Source: Entomortierella parvispora E1425 (Eukaryota; Fungi; Mortierellomycota). From it: a stretch of DNA of 64,000 bases. Below the pieces are notes generated by a model. That model worked only from the letters and a program-made list of their open reading frames with translations, ran no database searches and was not told the DNA's origin. Position 1 is the first letter of the stretch. Each line of letters opens with the position of its first letter. The stretch lies in assembly GCA_020891255.1 (NCBI GenBank), contig BQFW01000006.1, positions 1,736,001-1,800,000 on the forward strand, given 5' to 3'. The position numbers and the translations under genes are program-made. Of this stretch, positions 36,565 through 50,291 are shown piece by piece.

Positions 36565-39500
36565 ATGACAAGAACAAGGCAGGGAGGACCGAGGATACAG
36601 GTCTGCAATGACTTCCAGAACATGGGATTTTGTCGTTTCGGGCAATCATGCAAGTTTGGTATGGGCGACAATCCGCGTAAAATGGGGTCATGCAGTCGTC
36701 CCTTTGAATTGTCACTGATGCTTCAGTCTTGTTTCTTCTAGAGCATGTCGACTCGGGAACATTCGGCGGTAACCCTGGGAATGTGAGTAATGAGAATCCT
36801 GAGATGCTCTTCTCTCATATACACGCAGTAGCCTAATGCCACAACATCCCGACAACATGGAATAGCAGGCACAGCAAGGACGCAGAAATAATGCCAGGGG
36901 TCGAGGAGGAGACGCGGGAATGAACTACGAATGGTTTGATGGCTCTTCTTCCAATACCCAGGGATCTGGATTTCGCCCGCAACAATGGGGCCGAGGTCGG
37001 TTCCCCAACTCAGGCGCCCAACGTGGCCAGCCTCCTCGGTCTGGTAATCAGAGACAGGGCGACAGAGATATATCCAAGCCTTCATACCACGGAGTGACTC
37101 CGCCCAAGCCAGTCTTGGACATTGGTTGGAAGAGGGGTCTGCCCCCAGGTAACGTGAGCTGAAAGGTCATCGATGTTTGACGCTATATATTTATTGACAA
37201 GTTTTGAAAATTCTCTCTCGCGCACTTCAGATGACTTTCGGTTCAAGTCCATCTGCCCAACCCTGGACGATATCATCGTGGACGAGTACCCCGATCCCAG
37301 CGAAAATATTATTCACACAGCATATGATTCGACAAACCAGTACCTAGAAACCCATTTCCATCTGCTTCGCGCAGATTGTACTATCCCTGTCAGGACGGCC
37401 ATTCGAGCGTATCGAGATGGCGCTGTAGAGGACAATGACATGATGGTGTACACCAATGTGAGTATTACACGCGCATACGAATTATTTTGTTGCAAATGCT
37501 GCTGGCCTCTCTAACACTCTCCTCGCTTCCCTTTTATACAGGTGAGACCGATGTCGCTTCTCTTCGCGACAATTGGACTTGTACATCGGATGTCGTTCGT
37601 TGTCGACGGCCGTAGGGTGAACTGGAGACAGTCAAAGCGCCTTATACCCGGAACCATTGTCTGCCTGTCAACTGATCAATTTGAAACTTTCCGATTCGCC
37701 ACCGTTGTTGAACGCGATATGGATTGCCTTACAAATCCCCGGGACCTTCAAATCGGTATCCGGTTCCTCCAGCCGGATTCGCGAGTGGATTTTGATCGTG
37801 ACATCAAGTACATCATGATCGAAGCCACTCAAGGTTACTACGAGGCTTATCAGCATGTTCTACGCTGCCTACAGAATATCGATCCGTACGAGCTTCCATT
37901 CCAGCCACAACTCATTGGTCTGGAGCACGATCTTCGACAGCCACTTTACAGTCAAGGTGTCGGGCAGCTCCAGGACAAGGACCGTATAGCAGCATCGGTC
38001 CAGGAGTTTCCGAGCATACTGAAAGGCAGCGGAGAGATTCATCGCGACGCAGTTCAGCCAAGTGTTGTCGATGCAGTGGAGCGATTACTGACGACGGAGC
38101 TAGCTGTACTACAAGGACCCCCTGGAACAGGAAAAACATTTCTCGGCCTTTTGGCGGCGCACACCCTCATCAATCGATGCTCACCTGGCATCATTCACCC
38201 CATAGTGGTTATTTGCCAAACGAACCATGCACTGGATCAGTTTTTGGAGGGGATCATGACTTTTGAATCAAAGGTAGTCCGAATTGGATCCAGGTCAAAA
38301 AGTACCATTGTCTCTCCGAACACACTGTACAACATCCGGATGAAGTACAAAGACAATCCCGAGGAGGCACGCATGGATGGCGTTCAGTCCAATCCGCCTA
38401 TTAGGTTTTTCAAGATGAAAGACCAACTTGAGAGCGAGATGCTCACGCTCTTGGAGGAACTCACAGAAGAGTATATCCCGTTGGATAAGTTCCTGGAAAA
38501 CAAGATTATTTCGCAGGAGCAGTACAATTCTTTTTCGCAGGACGACTGGGTCATGTCTCCAGATCAAGACGAGGTTACGACAGCTCGGTCCTGGCTTCAA
38601 GATGCGCCAGATATTCCAGATCCAAGCAGACTTGCTATTTTCGATGACGCGAATCTGCAGGACGACATTATTCCGGAAATCGATGAGGATGAATTGGAGG
38701 ATCGTGTCGATGAGTTTATGGCTGGAAATATCGACGAACGAAAGATATCTGGGCAGTCTGTCCACCTCAAACGGTCCATCGTATGCAACTTGGACAGTGC
38801 TATCGTAGGAGATGTTAAGGAGTATTTGACATCGAGTAATGTGCATGACATCCCTGGCGCGAAGCGAATGGGTGTCTACAGAGTATGGCTGCAAAAGTTC
38901 CAGACGATTGTCTCGCACAAGCTTGGTCAGCTACAAAAGACCTATGACATTGTCTGTGAGAACATTCGCCATCAAAACCGACACAACGACCTGCAGATTC
39001 TCAAGAGGGCACGAGTTGTTGGCATGACAACCACAGCAGCGGTAAGTGGGAACTATGGTGGCAGCTTGCTTCGCGTAACCCAACAGCTAATCAGATTTAC
39101 TGTAACTGTGTCATCGGATAGTCCAAGTATCACGACATGCTCTGCCTGCTACAGCCTAAAGTCATCATATGTGAAGAGGCGTCGGAAACGCTGGAAGCAC
39201 ATTTGCTTGCGGCCCTGACACCCTCTGTCGAACATTTCATTCTTATTGGAGACCACGAGCAGCTGCGACCCAGCATGTCTGTACATGATCTGAAGGTCAA
39301 GAACATTGACGTGTCGCTGTTTGAGCGACTTGTCATGAACGACTTTCCATATTCCATGCTCGATGTCCAACGGCGAATGAGGCCCGAGATCCGCAGCCTT
39401 GTCAACCCCATCTACCCTAATCTCCATGACCATGAATCCGTTCGAAAATACGACAACGTTCGGGGCATGGTACACAACGTATGTCGACCTTGAAGTATCC

Positions 39501-40505
39501 ATTTGATCGACGGAGATTCAGCGTTATAATTAGACCTTATCTGATTTGACTTCGTTTTCTCTAGCTTTGGTTCCTCACCCACGACGAGCCCGATATGTTG
39601 GGTCCAAATCAATCACATATCAACCAGCACGAAGTTGGGGTTGCAACAAAACTCGCCGTCTATTTGCTCCAGCAGGGATACGCTTGTTCTGAGATCACGA
39701 TCTTGACTATGTATTCTGGCCAGAGAACACTTATCCAAGACAAGTTGCGACAGAGCCATTTGCGGGCTGCTAGGGATATTCGAGTGAGCACGGTCGATGG
39801 TTTCCAGGGCGAGGAGAATGAAATTATTATCCTCAGTCTGGTGCGGAGCAACGCCAATAACAATATTGGCTTCTTGAGGACTAGCAACCGTGTCTGTGTC
39901 GGTCTCTCCCGTGCCAAGAAGGTATCTCATCACATCACTCAGACTTGATGCCTCGAAAGAAGGTGTTAGAATCTCATGCCATGCATTCTTCATTTCCTGT
40001 AGGGCTTGTACATTTTAGGAAATGCAGGGCTTTTGATGGAGCAGTCGGATCTCTGGAATACTATCATCCATAGTCTGATGCCGGATCGGAGCGAATTTAG
40101 GATTGGGAACCGAATTCAATTACGCTGTCAAACCCATCCAGATGAGGTGTCAGAGGTTGCACTTGAGGCCGAGTTTGATGCTGTGGAACAAGGGGGTTGC
40201 TCAAGGCCCTGTGGAGGGACATTTGATGGCTGTGGTCATCCTTGTCCCTTTCCCTGCCACACAAGCGAACACATCTTTATGAACTGTAACCACGAGTGCG
40301 GCCAAACACTTTCGTGCGGAAAGCATGTTTGTGCCAGGACTTGCAGCGATCAGTGCCGGCCATGCGAGTACTGCACATCTGATGGTTGATAGCACAATCC
40401 CGGTTCCAATTTTTGTTCGTGCTTTTTTTTTCGGTTCTTTGACCCGAGCTGACAAATGGCTCCCTCCTTCCTTCGCTGTGCTCGCATCTCGTAGATGACA
40501 AGTAG
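36565..40505 (+). CDS. ZNFX1/Hrr1/SAD-3-like SF1 (Upf1-like) RNA helicase with N-terminal CCCH finger and short NF-X1-type Cys/His tail
   Basis: Walker A 'LQGPPGTGKT', 'VICQTNHALDQFLE', 'VVGMTTT', 'IICEEASE', 'LIGDHEQLRP', 'SLFERL', 'QRRMRPEI', 'STVDGFQGEE', 'NRVCVGLSRAK', 'CQTHPD...GGCSRPC...CGHPCPFPCH'. The last micro-exon 40495-40505 gives DDK*. Confidence 0.9.
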
Positions 40506-41056
40506 CAATAAAAATATTCATGTCTCAAATCTAGTCAAGTAGCGATGGCTGACGCGATTGCATGCCTTACTGATGATAATTGCAAGGAGAGGAATAGGCA
40601 GACTCCCAAGGAGGAAAAATTTCAGTCCGAACCGTGGTGAGTCCAGCCGACCTTCTTGTGGAATTGCTGCCCAAAAAAGGAAACTGTTTCGATCACTTTT
40701 TTTTTGGATGTTCTCCGCTCGCGCTGTCGGGGGTGATCGTCCTCTCGCGCGCCAAGGTTGGTGTGGGAGCTGACTCTTCTTTTAATTGCTTGATTGTTAA
40801 GCAGCCCAATCTCCACCAAGAGGCAGGAGAAGATGACCGGGCTTCTAAGCAATCTAGCCCCTAATGATAGCAGATCGTGGTAATGGACTTGGTCGAACAA
40901 ACTAGAACAGTGCCTGGAGGGTCCGTCTCATCCTCACCTATAAATGGAGAGACTCGAGACAACTTTTTTTTGTCTTTTTTTTGTTTTGGTCATCATCTTC
41001 ATCGTTATCACTCCTTTTCAACTCATTTCAACCACTCACACTCACATTCATATACA

Positions 41057-42269
41057 ATGGTTCAAAACAAGTCCGTCATCTTCTTGAAGCACCCTACCGA
41101 ATATCCAGTCGCTGGCGAGCACTTCGAGGTCCAGACCAAGGAGCTCCATGCCAACCTCAAGGACAAGGACGTTCTCCTCCGCAACTTGTACATCTCTTTG
41201 GACCCTTGTAAGATCCCGCGTGAGGATGAAGCTCCCTTTTGTTTTTAGTGGCCTCTTCCATGCAGAAGCTAACACGACAACCTCGCTCGATTAGACATGC
41301 GCGGAAGAATGAGAGACACTAACAAGTCCTACACTGCTGGTTTTGTCCTTGGACAGCCCATGAACGGCTCTGGCGTCTCTGAAGTCATCGAGTCCAAGAA
41401 CGATGCCTTCCCCGTGGGATCGATCGTCACTGGAATGGTCGACTGGTCAGAGTACTCTGTTGCTACTGGTGCCCAGGGATTGAGAATCATCCCTGATGGA
41501 CGCAACTCCAAGATCCCTCTCTCGAGCCACATCGGCGTTTTGGGTAAAGTATTTTCGCTTGCATAGGTGAGATCAGTGATGCTCACATGTTGTTGACTTT
41601 AATACTGAACGCTCTGCACCTTTTCTCTAAAAAAAAATAGGTATGCCCGGTATGACGGCCTACTCGAGTTTGCAGATCATTGGTCAGCCCAAGGCAGGAG
41701 AGACCATCTTCATCTCGGCCGCCTCTGGAGCTGTGGGTCAATTGGTGGGCCAGATTGCTAAGCGCCAGGGTCTTCGTGTGGTTGGAAGTGCAGGATCAGA
41801 TGAGAAGGTTGCCTACCTTCTGAACGATCTCAAGTTTGATGCCGCATTCAACTACAAGAAGGGCGTCATCTTGGAGAACTTGGAGAAGTGTGCCCCAGAG
41901 GGTGTCGACATCTATTACGAGAACGTCGGAGGCGAGACCTTGGAGGCCGCCCTGGAGGTCATGAACAACCATGGACGTATCGTTGCCTGTGGTATGATCT
42001 CGGCTTACAACAACCCCAACCCTTATGGCATCAAGAACTTGATGCACATTATCGCCAAACGCTTGACGATGCGTGGATTCATTGTCTCTGATTTTGCAGC
42101 CCAGTGCGCGGCTGACTTTGCGCGTGATGTCGGTGGCTGGTTGGTCAACAAGGAGATCATCTACAAGGAGGATGTGGCCGTCGGCATCGACAGCACTCCC
42201 GAGGCCTTTATCGGCATGCTCAACGGAAAGAACTTTGGCAAGCAGGTCGTCAAGATCGCCGATTTGTAA
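41057..42269 (+). CDS. NADP-dependent alkenal/prostaglandin reductase-like MDR oxidoreductase, 3 exons
   Basis: 'LRNLYISLDP|YMRGRM', 'LSSHIGVLG|MPGMTAY', 'GETIFISAASGAVGQLVGQIAK', 'GVDIYYENVGG', 'GKNFGKQVVKI'. Confidence 0.92.
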
Positions 42270-44263
42270 AAAAAAAAAGAAAAAAAGAAAAAAAGAAAAA
42301 AAGAAAAAAAGAAGCCCCATATCATTATTACCAATAAAAAAAAGTTTTCATCACAGACATGACGTCTTGAAGACAGGGTTCTTGCTTTGTGTCACGTTCG
42401 GGTGCACAGGCCAGCCAGCCAGCCCTCCGCCAACAACGCGTTAAAAAAAGCGCCTCGGTGGGTTATTTATACCTGCATGGTCGACCTACGAGGGCTCTAG
42501 TCCCTCCTCCGCCCGCCTTTTTTTTCTCTGACCCACACTCTGCCTGTTATGTTCTTCAGAGAGCCTGCAAGGAGTGAATTAAAAAAAATGAGGAGTGGGG
42601 CCAAAGATTTTGTAAAAAGGAGGTCCCTCGTCTATGCAAACGGCAACATTTGTTTATCCACTCTTGCATTTTCAGGAGATCTCGGGTTTCTCTCTTTTCT
42701 TCTCCCTCTCTCTCACTGGCCAGTTCTCAGTCTCAGGCTCCCACGGCTTGATCTGGACGATAGTGGCCGGAGGTTCGATATGTCTGGAAAAGATGGGCAG
42801 TGGTGCCTGGTTGCACTACAAATAGAAAGACTACAAAAAAAGGAATACGAAGTGTTTGAAAGCGATTTGAACGAGGAGCAAGTGGAAATACAAGAAGGAG
42901 GTGAAGGCAATGGGGGCCAGACAGGGCTTCTTAATCATGCAGCTCTGTAGATGCTCGCCAAGGCCAGGCTTACTGCTCGCAAGGCATGCACCTCTTCTCT
43001 TTCTCTCTCTCTCTCTTCCCTTGTTCCTTGTCTTTGAACCCCATTCCATTGGCACCGTTTGCTCTGTGTCGTCCCTTTCCCTTCCCACCAACTGTCGGTC
43101 CCTGCGTGCCTGCATTCTCTTGACCGCTCACGCTCACGGCTACCACCAACTTTCCTCTCGTCATCCTCGATCCAACCCTCATCATAATCACACAGCCTCT
43201 TTGCCTGTGGCCTTGTTACGACCCAAGATCCCGACAGACAGACCGACCGAAAGCCAAGCCCTCTCGACGCACACCTCCTTCGGCTACCATCCCATCTCAT
43301 CCTCTCGCATTTCGTCTCCTTCTCCCTCCTTCACTCGCTCACTCACACACTCTCTCATCCCTCTTCCGTCTTCTCCCTCGTTTCTGTTCTTCTGCCTGTA
43401 TACTCTCTTCCCTTGACGATTTTACTCACGCACCCAAAGCAGAGCAAGGCAAATCTCTTTCATCTTTCTACCAACGATATTCCCCTTTGACGGCCTATTT
43501 CACACTCTCACGCAAGAACGATCCCCACATTCCCCTTCTCTCTTCTCCCTCCCTCGCTCATCTCTCTCTCGCCATCTCTCTATCTCTCTCTCTTTCTCCC
43601 CTCCTTCCCCCATTGATCTTCAACGTTTTTGACGCGGGCTACTATTCTAATTGCAAACATACCTTGCTTATGAATTTTTTTTACAAAGCTTCACTTGCAA
43701 CCACGATCATCGCGCCATCAACCCATCTTTTCCCTCTCCTTCTACTCTACCGACAATCTCTTTTCTTTCGCGACTTCCTTTGGTTCTCCATCTTTGCCCC
43801 TCAACTCTCGCGTCTACAGCACACAACCCATTGTACACATTGACGAAACTCTGACCATTACAAACTTCGATCCATTGGACGAGCACTTTCTTCTCTATAC
43901 GTTGTCGTGAGCCGCGTATTGTTCTTTTGCATCAGACAAAAGATACCGTCTCCTAAAAGCGTTTGTTTCTTCCATCTGATCACATCATCGGCCATCCGGA
44001 GGAATAAATCTTGCAACAAACAATTCGTGCGCGACAGTCCGACCAACAACCCAAAAAAAAAAAAAAAAGGACTCCTCTCCCTTTCTCTCGACGACCACAC
44101 CAACTGCAATCAAAAAAAGAAAAAAAGAAAAGGAAAAAAAAAAAGGGCGAAACGAACCACGTACCAAGTCACCTGCCGGGGGCATCCCAGTCAACCCGTC
44201 CTTTTTTTTTTCACTTTGGGCCCTTTTCTTCTTTTTTAAAACCTTTCTCAGCACCTAAACAGG

Positions 44264-47200
44264 ATGTCCTCGATTACTGCGAGGCTGATCTGTTGGTGGT
44301 GCAGTCGTGTTTGTGTTTGTGTAGGCGTCTTTGTCATGCTCTGTGTGACAACGAGCCCCTCTGCGGTTCATGCCCACCCCATCCTGCAACCTCAAACACA
44401 ACGACGACAACAGCAACAACAACAATATCGCGTTCGGTCGCTTCAGCCCCGACAGGTGCTTCTAAAGGATGATTTAGGCATTGTCCCATTGACCACAGCC
44501 GGCGCCAGCCTCCCCTCTCCTTCCTTTTCTCCTCCGCCCACGCTTGCATCTGCATCGCCGACATCGCCATCATCTTCGCCAGCACTAGGGATGCCGGGCT
44601 CCATGTTTGTGCAAAAGCCTTTGCTGGAAATCATCGCACCCAACGTCACCCTTTTTGTGGCCCTGGATTTACCCCCTTCCTCCGCCTCATCTCCTTCTGC
44701 ATCGGCCTCGGCGCAGCAACCAGAGCCAACAACTGGCTCTCCATCCGAGAACGGCAGCTCTTTACTGCTTCCGGCCTCGAGCCTGACCATTTCTCAGAAT
44801 CAGATCTATCATGTGAACGATACCCTGATGTTTGGTGCCGGTGGTGCACAACCCTTGACGGTACTGTTTCTATCCCTACCATCCCCCCGTAGTATTTCGT
44901 ATTCTTCTATTCCTTTATTTTGCAAAGGGAGGACGATGTAACCCGCAAAAAGAAGAAAAGGAGCCAAAGTGGAGAAGGTCGACGGTGCCCGACGTGACCT
45001 TCCTTGAACCTGACCCTCCTCCTGATGCTGGCGACTCGGCTGTGCAGAGAACACGCCGTTCTGGATATGTTTTTTCGCCGTTGTGCTGGATGACCCTATA
45101 CTAACGCGGGATGTCAACCCCCTTTCCTATTCCGCATCCTACCCTTTTTTTGTTTATATATCTAGGGCGTTTTGATCGAGTGGACGATTGGATGCAATCT
45201 CGGCGACAATTTTCCTATCTATTCTCCTAGTCAAGAACCCTGGATCGCATTTGTGTCCTCTTCCCTTCTCACCAACCCAAAATCTAATCCCATGCCCCCA
45301 CTTCCCTCTACTACTCCCACCAACAGCACCACTCCGGACGATTCTCTCATCGACAACGATGACGAGGATGTCTGTGACGTGTCGACATTGATCTCTATCA
45401 TCCAGGCCATCTCGGACGATGTCACTGGCGTGATCTTGTACCAGGACCCTTCATCTGTCAATAAGAAGAACGCTATCACATTTGCGGAACTGCGGGCCCA
45501 GACTGAGAAGGCGATTCAGGATATTCTACTGACCCGGAGTCCAACCGCCAAGATGGCGGCTGCAGCCGCAGTCAAAGCTTCCATTTCCAAAGCCGCATCA
45601 ATGTCCACCCCTTCATCATCGTCACCTTCCACCACTACACCTATAACAGCAGTCAACGAAGGAGAGCTACAACCACAACACAGTCGCCATGAAAAGTCAA
45701 AGCGCGATACCACGGGAGGCTTAACCCGAGAGCAAATTGTCGCCAAGTTGGCAACTCCTGGACTCTCCCCTTACGTTCTTGACTCCACGACTCCTTTTCG
45801 AGCTGTTGCTCTGGATGAGCAAGGCGGCAGCAGTAGTCTGGCTGACCCCGATGTTAATATTGCCTCAGCACCAACACCCACTGCACCAGAAACTATTGGT
45901 GTCATGGCCCTTGGCGACCTGAAGCTGATCCAAATCCTTCAATCCAGTACAACCAAAAAAGGGCAAACTGTGATTGCACAGATGACCTTTACCAACGGCG
46001 CCGCCATTCCAGGGACCCCTGCAAGCCCCACACCGGGGGCGCCAACCACAGATGGAGGAAGACCTGCAACAGACAAGTCTCTAGGTCTCTTCTTTTGGAT
46101 CATTTTGGGATCGGTTGTCCTAATTGTTGGTGTTTGGTAACCAAGTCTCTTCTCGCCCATGCCTTCATGACGCGCGTTTGTGGCGCGCAGTTTGGTGTAA
46201 CCAGCTTCCTAATCATTCATCATTCCTTGCTGGGGTTTTTTAGGGTCGGATTTGGCGTTGTGGAGGCTCGCTCGCTTAATCGCAGACGACAGCAAATCGC
46301 ACTCGACAATGTCAAGTTGAGAACTGTGGATCAAAAAGTCTTGGATACATACAAGATCAGGATCTTTAAGGAGGGCGATATTCTTTATTCAGATGATGAG
46401 GATGAAGACGACGACTCTACAGGTGCAGGTGCAGGGGCCACCACTGGAGCTAGAAATTCTGGATCAGCATCTGAAAGTCAGGAAGAGATCAATGGCGAGC
46501 CACGCGGACCTGGCTCTGTTCATGAACAGGAATTTAACGAAAAGGAAGGGTATGATGCATCGACAGGCGCAGCTCTAGCCACGCTTCCTTTTGTTCACCC
46601 TCAGCGCGTTTTTGCAAGGGCGGATCTGACAGCGTTGCGCCTCGGCGCCATGGATCGAGGATATTATGGCAATAACCCTCCTCATAATCTCGCATCCCCT
46701 GGAACCCTTCAGGGCAGGAGAAGCGGATCCTTTGACGAAACGCTCTACGGAGGTTTGGACGCCTCTCGTCGTGGATCCTCTGCTACCACTGGAACCGGAA
46801 ACCACCATCCCTTCCACCCGCATCATTTTCCAGACAGTCCACTATTCTTGTCTTCCTTCCATGGGCATTTGGGCACGGCAGCAACGACTGGGGCAGCCGT
46901 CTCTTCGGCGGCAGCGGCTCTGGCTTTGAGTCGGGATGAGCGGTGCAGGAGTTGGGCTGAAAACAAGGTTGGACTGTACGACTATGGCGGCGAGAGTGAG
47001 AGTGAATATGGATACGATCAGGAACAAGGATACAAGTCGCATGCGCAAGAAGGATGGGCAGACTTGAGGCCGGATAAGATTGAATCTCTGGACGCAGCCA
47101 AGGTCGATCCTTTGACACTGCCACCTCCCATGCCTGAAGCGGTGGTCCAAGCCACCACCGACCCAACCACACCTGCTAGTCGACGGGGCTCGTGGCCTGC

Positions 47201-48731
47201 AGGCACCAACCAACCATCCGATCAAGAGGACCCCAGTCAACCTCAAGTCGTCTCGGCACCCTTACCAACAGTCCCGATGGGTCTTCATCATCAACCGACA
47301 CTGCGACGCAAGAGTCGATTCATTCTCCCACGCAAGATCGAGACTTCTCTCCCTGTTCCCACCACGGTCGAGGATATCGCTGTCATTTCACCGACGGTTG
47401 TCGGAGAGGGAAGCACAACCTCTGGAGATATTACTCGAATGAATTCGTCTACCGGACCCGGATCTGGAGGCGCTAGATCTGGGGGAGGAGGAGGAGGAGG
47501 AGGACCACCCAGCACTGGAGGACTCACTACGGCCGGATTCTTGCCGCCACATGGATGGGGAGGTGATCGTCGACGATCCAGTTTGACGACAGTCGTGGCA
47601 CAGCCTGAATCCTGGGTCGGGCCTCAGGGACAGAGACTTCGTCGATCGTCCTTGCAGGTTCAGAGGATTCCATCCTTTAGCGGTAGTCCAAGAAGCAGTT
47701 TTGAAAGAGAACAGGTCGAGGATGAGGAAGACGATGACGGTCGTGGCGTCGGTCATTTCCCGGAAGCCTCCATGGGAAGGAGACTGAGACGGTCCTCCTT
47801 GCAAGTTCAGAGAACCAGTCATGAAAAGCCTGCCCCCTCGCTCTCATCGCCTCTGACCGCGATAGAAGCCGCGACGCCTACCACTGCATTGACAGGCGGA
47901 AGAGAAGGCAAAGACGTGGATCTGATCAAAAAGCAGACAACAGCAGGAGGAGTAGGCCCACTTCAGGACTACAAGATGAGGTTCTCGATGATTGGCATTG
48001 ACTTGCCGGATATTTATTCACCTACGACAGGAGAGTTTTCTCGACTGTCTCTTGATGCAGATCGATTGATGCAGCCAAGCCAGACTAAAGAGTTGTTGAC
48101 TCGAAGCAACAGCGGAGATCACCTTGAAGAGCTTCGAGATGATACCCATCACTATCAGCGCCATGGCAAGGACACCACGGATGATAGTATTATTTTATTA
48201 AACGAGGCCGGCCCCTCGTCCATGTCCTCCTCCGCCGCGGCTGGATCGACACCCCTGGCCACAGCAGTCGCAACAGCAGCCAAGAAACCACGAAAGAGGC
48301 AATATGACCCCTGTGCCATCTGCTTAGAGGAATACGAGGTCGGTGACCGTCTGAGGGAATTGCCTTGCAAGCACTTCTTCCACAGTCATTGTATCGATCC
48401 CTGGTTCAAGGATATTCATGGAATCTGTCCTGTCTGCAAAAGAGATTACTCTGAAGGTAAAAAAAAAAAAAAAACATCTCATTCTTTTTTGACGTGATGA
48501 TCTCAAAATGAATGGTCAGAATTAGGAGCTAACCCTATTTGATGTATTAAAAACACAATAGCCGGAAGGATGTCTGCATCTGCCAGGGCTGCACGTCAGC
48601 AACAGGCCGCTAATCAAAGGAACGAGCGGTCATCAGGTATGGCCGCCTTCCTCTCTCCCTTGGCCCTTTTGGCCGTCGGAGTGCCAGGCAACCACTATTG
48701 GTACACGGGCGATGCCAGCATACACTTGTAA
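44264..48731 (+). CDS. Signal peptide/PA-like/TM/RING-H2 E3 ubiquitin ligase (RNF13/GRAIL-like), about 4 exons
   Basis: N-terminal hydrophobic leader, TM '[18 protein letters not shown]|VGFGVVEA', long S/P-rich cytosolic region, RING-H2 '[43 protein letters not shown]'; final exon ends ASIHL* at 48731. Confidence 0.85.
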
Positions 48732-48934
48732 TGGCTAGCCTTCATGGATAGCAACAATAAAAACAATAATAATAGAAGACAAAGAAGAAGAAGAAAAAAA
48801 ACGCCACAAGGGCAAGGCCTTTCATTATTGTTCAGGATGAAATGGTGCCAAAGGGGAAAAGAAAAAAAAAAAAGAGTGGGTTACACAGGCCATTGCAAAG
48901 CTGCGGGTTTGTTGATGAGAGCCCCTTTTTTCCT

Positions 48935-49836
48935 TCAAAGGAACACGCTAGCTGCGATGCCGGCGCTGAACCCCGCCGCGACCAAAGCCGATGATCCCAG
49001 GACCAGGGACATTGTCTGCAACGGCCCCGAAGAGAGCCACCCGCTCTTGGTCTTGGCCCTCCTCGCCTTGGACTCGGTTTCCTCGGTCGGAGCAAATTCA
49101 GGCCCCATGAGCTCATGGCGGAAACCCGGCAATCCATCCAAGCTCTCGGTATTGGCCATGCGCCAGAACTGCCCCAACTCTTCTCGCGTCCTCTTTCCCC
49201 AGAAGTTCTTCAACGTCGGGCGTTCCCCCTTGAACTCGTAGTAGGGGATTCCCCAACCGCAGCTTGTCGCCACTTTGTGGATATCGGCCACGATGATCCC
49301 TCGGATCTGGGAGGCCCGGTCAAGACCAAAGTCCTTGCCCGAGGCCCCCTCGTCGTCGTCGGGTTTCGGCTCAAAACGGTCTCGATAGAGCTCCTCAAAC
49401 TCGGGCGTGTCCACGCGCACAAAGTGGCCTTGACCAAACAGACGGAGGATCCTCGGGGCCTTCTCAAACTCCATGAAGAGGAAGGTGATCCGGCCATTCT
49501 CTTGGAGATGGCTGAGAGTCTCGTTCCCTGAACCTTAAAAAATGGAAGAAAAAGGGAAGGGGGTCAGAGCAACAACATAAAGTTTTCCCATGGAGGGGCT
49601 GTTTGTATTGTATGTATTGTTTGCACAACCACCCGCAACACACAGGCCCCAGGATTACCAGTCAGGTCCAGGTAGCACACTCGGTTGGGGTTGAGGATTC
49701 GAAAACTGTCGTAGCCCTTGGGGGACGTGTTGACGGTGCCCTCGGCAGACATGGGTGCCGTTGCACAGAAAAACAGGTGCTGCTTGCGGATCCAGGCAGC
49801 AAGGCTGTCGTTGATGCTGTCGTAAGTTTTACCCAT
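48935..49836 (-). CDS. Pyridoxamine 5'-phosphate oxidase-like FMN-binding split-barrel protein, copy 1; exons 49836-49659, 49533-48935
   Basis: 'WIRKQHLFFCATAP...VNTSPKG..FRILNPNRVCYLDLTG|SGNETLSHLQENGRITFLFMEFEKAPRILRLFG', 'VATSCGWGIP', 'SLDGLPG'; hydrophobic C-terminal tail. Confidence 0.88.
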
Positions 49837-50291
49837 GTGTGTACGTTGGTGTATGTTGGTGTGCGGGAAGCAACGAAGGAGGGAAGAGAATGAGAGAAGA
49901 AGGGAAAAGAGAAAGAGTGGATGGCACTGAGAAAAAAAAAGACTGGGTAGAAGGCCAAAGAAGGGAAGGAAAAGAAAGGGTTTACGGTGTAGAAGGAAAG
50001 AAAGAAGCAAAGCAACAGGAGAAGGTCAGTTTTTATAGACAGCGCAAAAGGGCAAGACAGGTAGACCGGCGGCCAACAAGCAGTCAGCAGCAAGGAGAAA
50101 CAAGTTCTCTAGGAAGAGTCATGGGGGGGGGGGGTTGCGCCGTCTTCTGCAGTTTGGCTGCTGGCGATAGAGACGCGTCGTGGGTGCGCAGCATCTACCG
50201 ATTCCTCGGGAAATCTTTTTTATTGGTCTGTTTCCTCCGCCAAATGAGAAAGGGGAAAATATGAAAAAAAAGGGCAAAGAAGGGCTCTTCT

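Noticed and set aside
36824-36868. Apparent TAG stop at the start of ZNFX1 exon 3
   Set aside because: The true acceptor is the downstream TAG/CAG at 36863-36868, after a CTAAT branch point, which restores the frame.
42549-42950. 133-aa ORF upstream of the RING gene
   Set aside because: No motif, poly-A-derived Lys runs and no splice support; probably non-coding.
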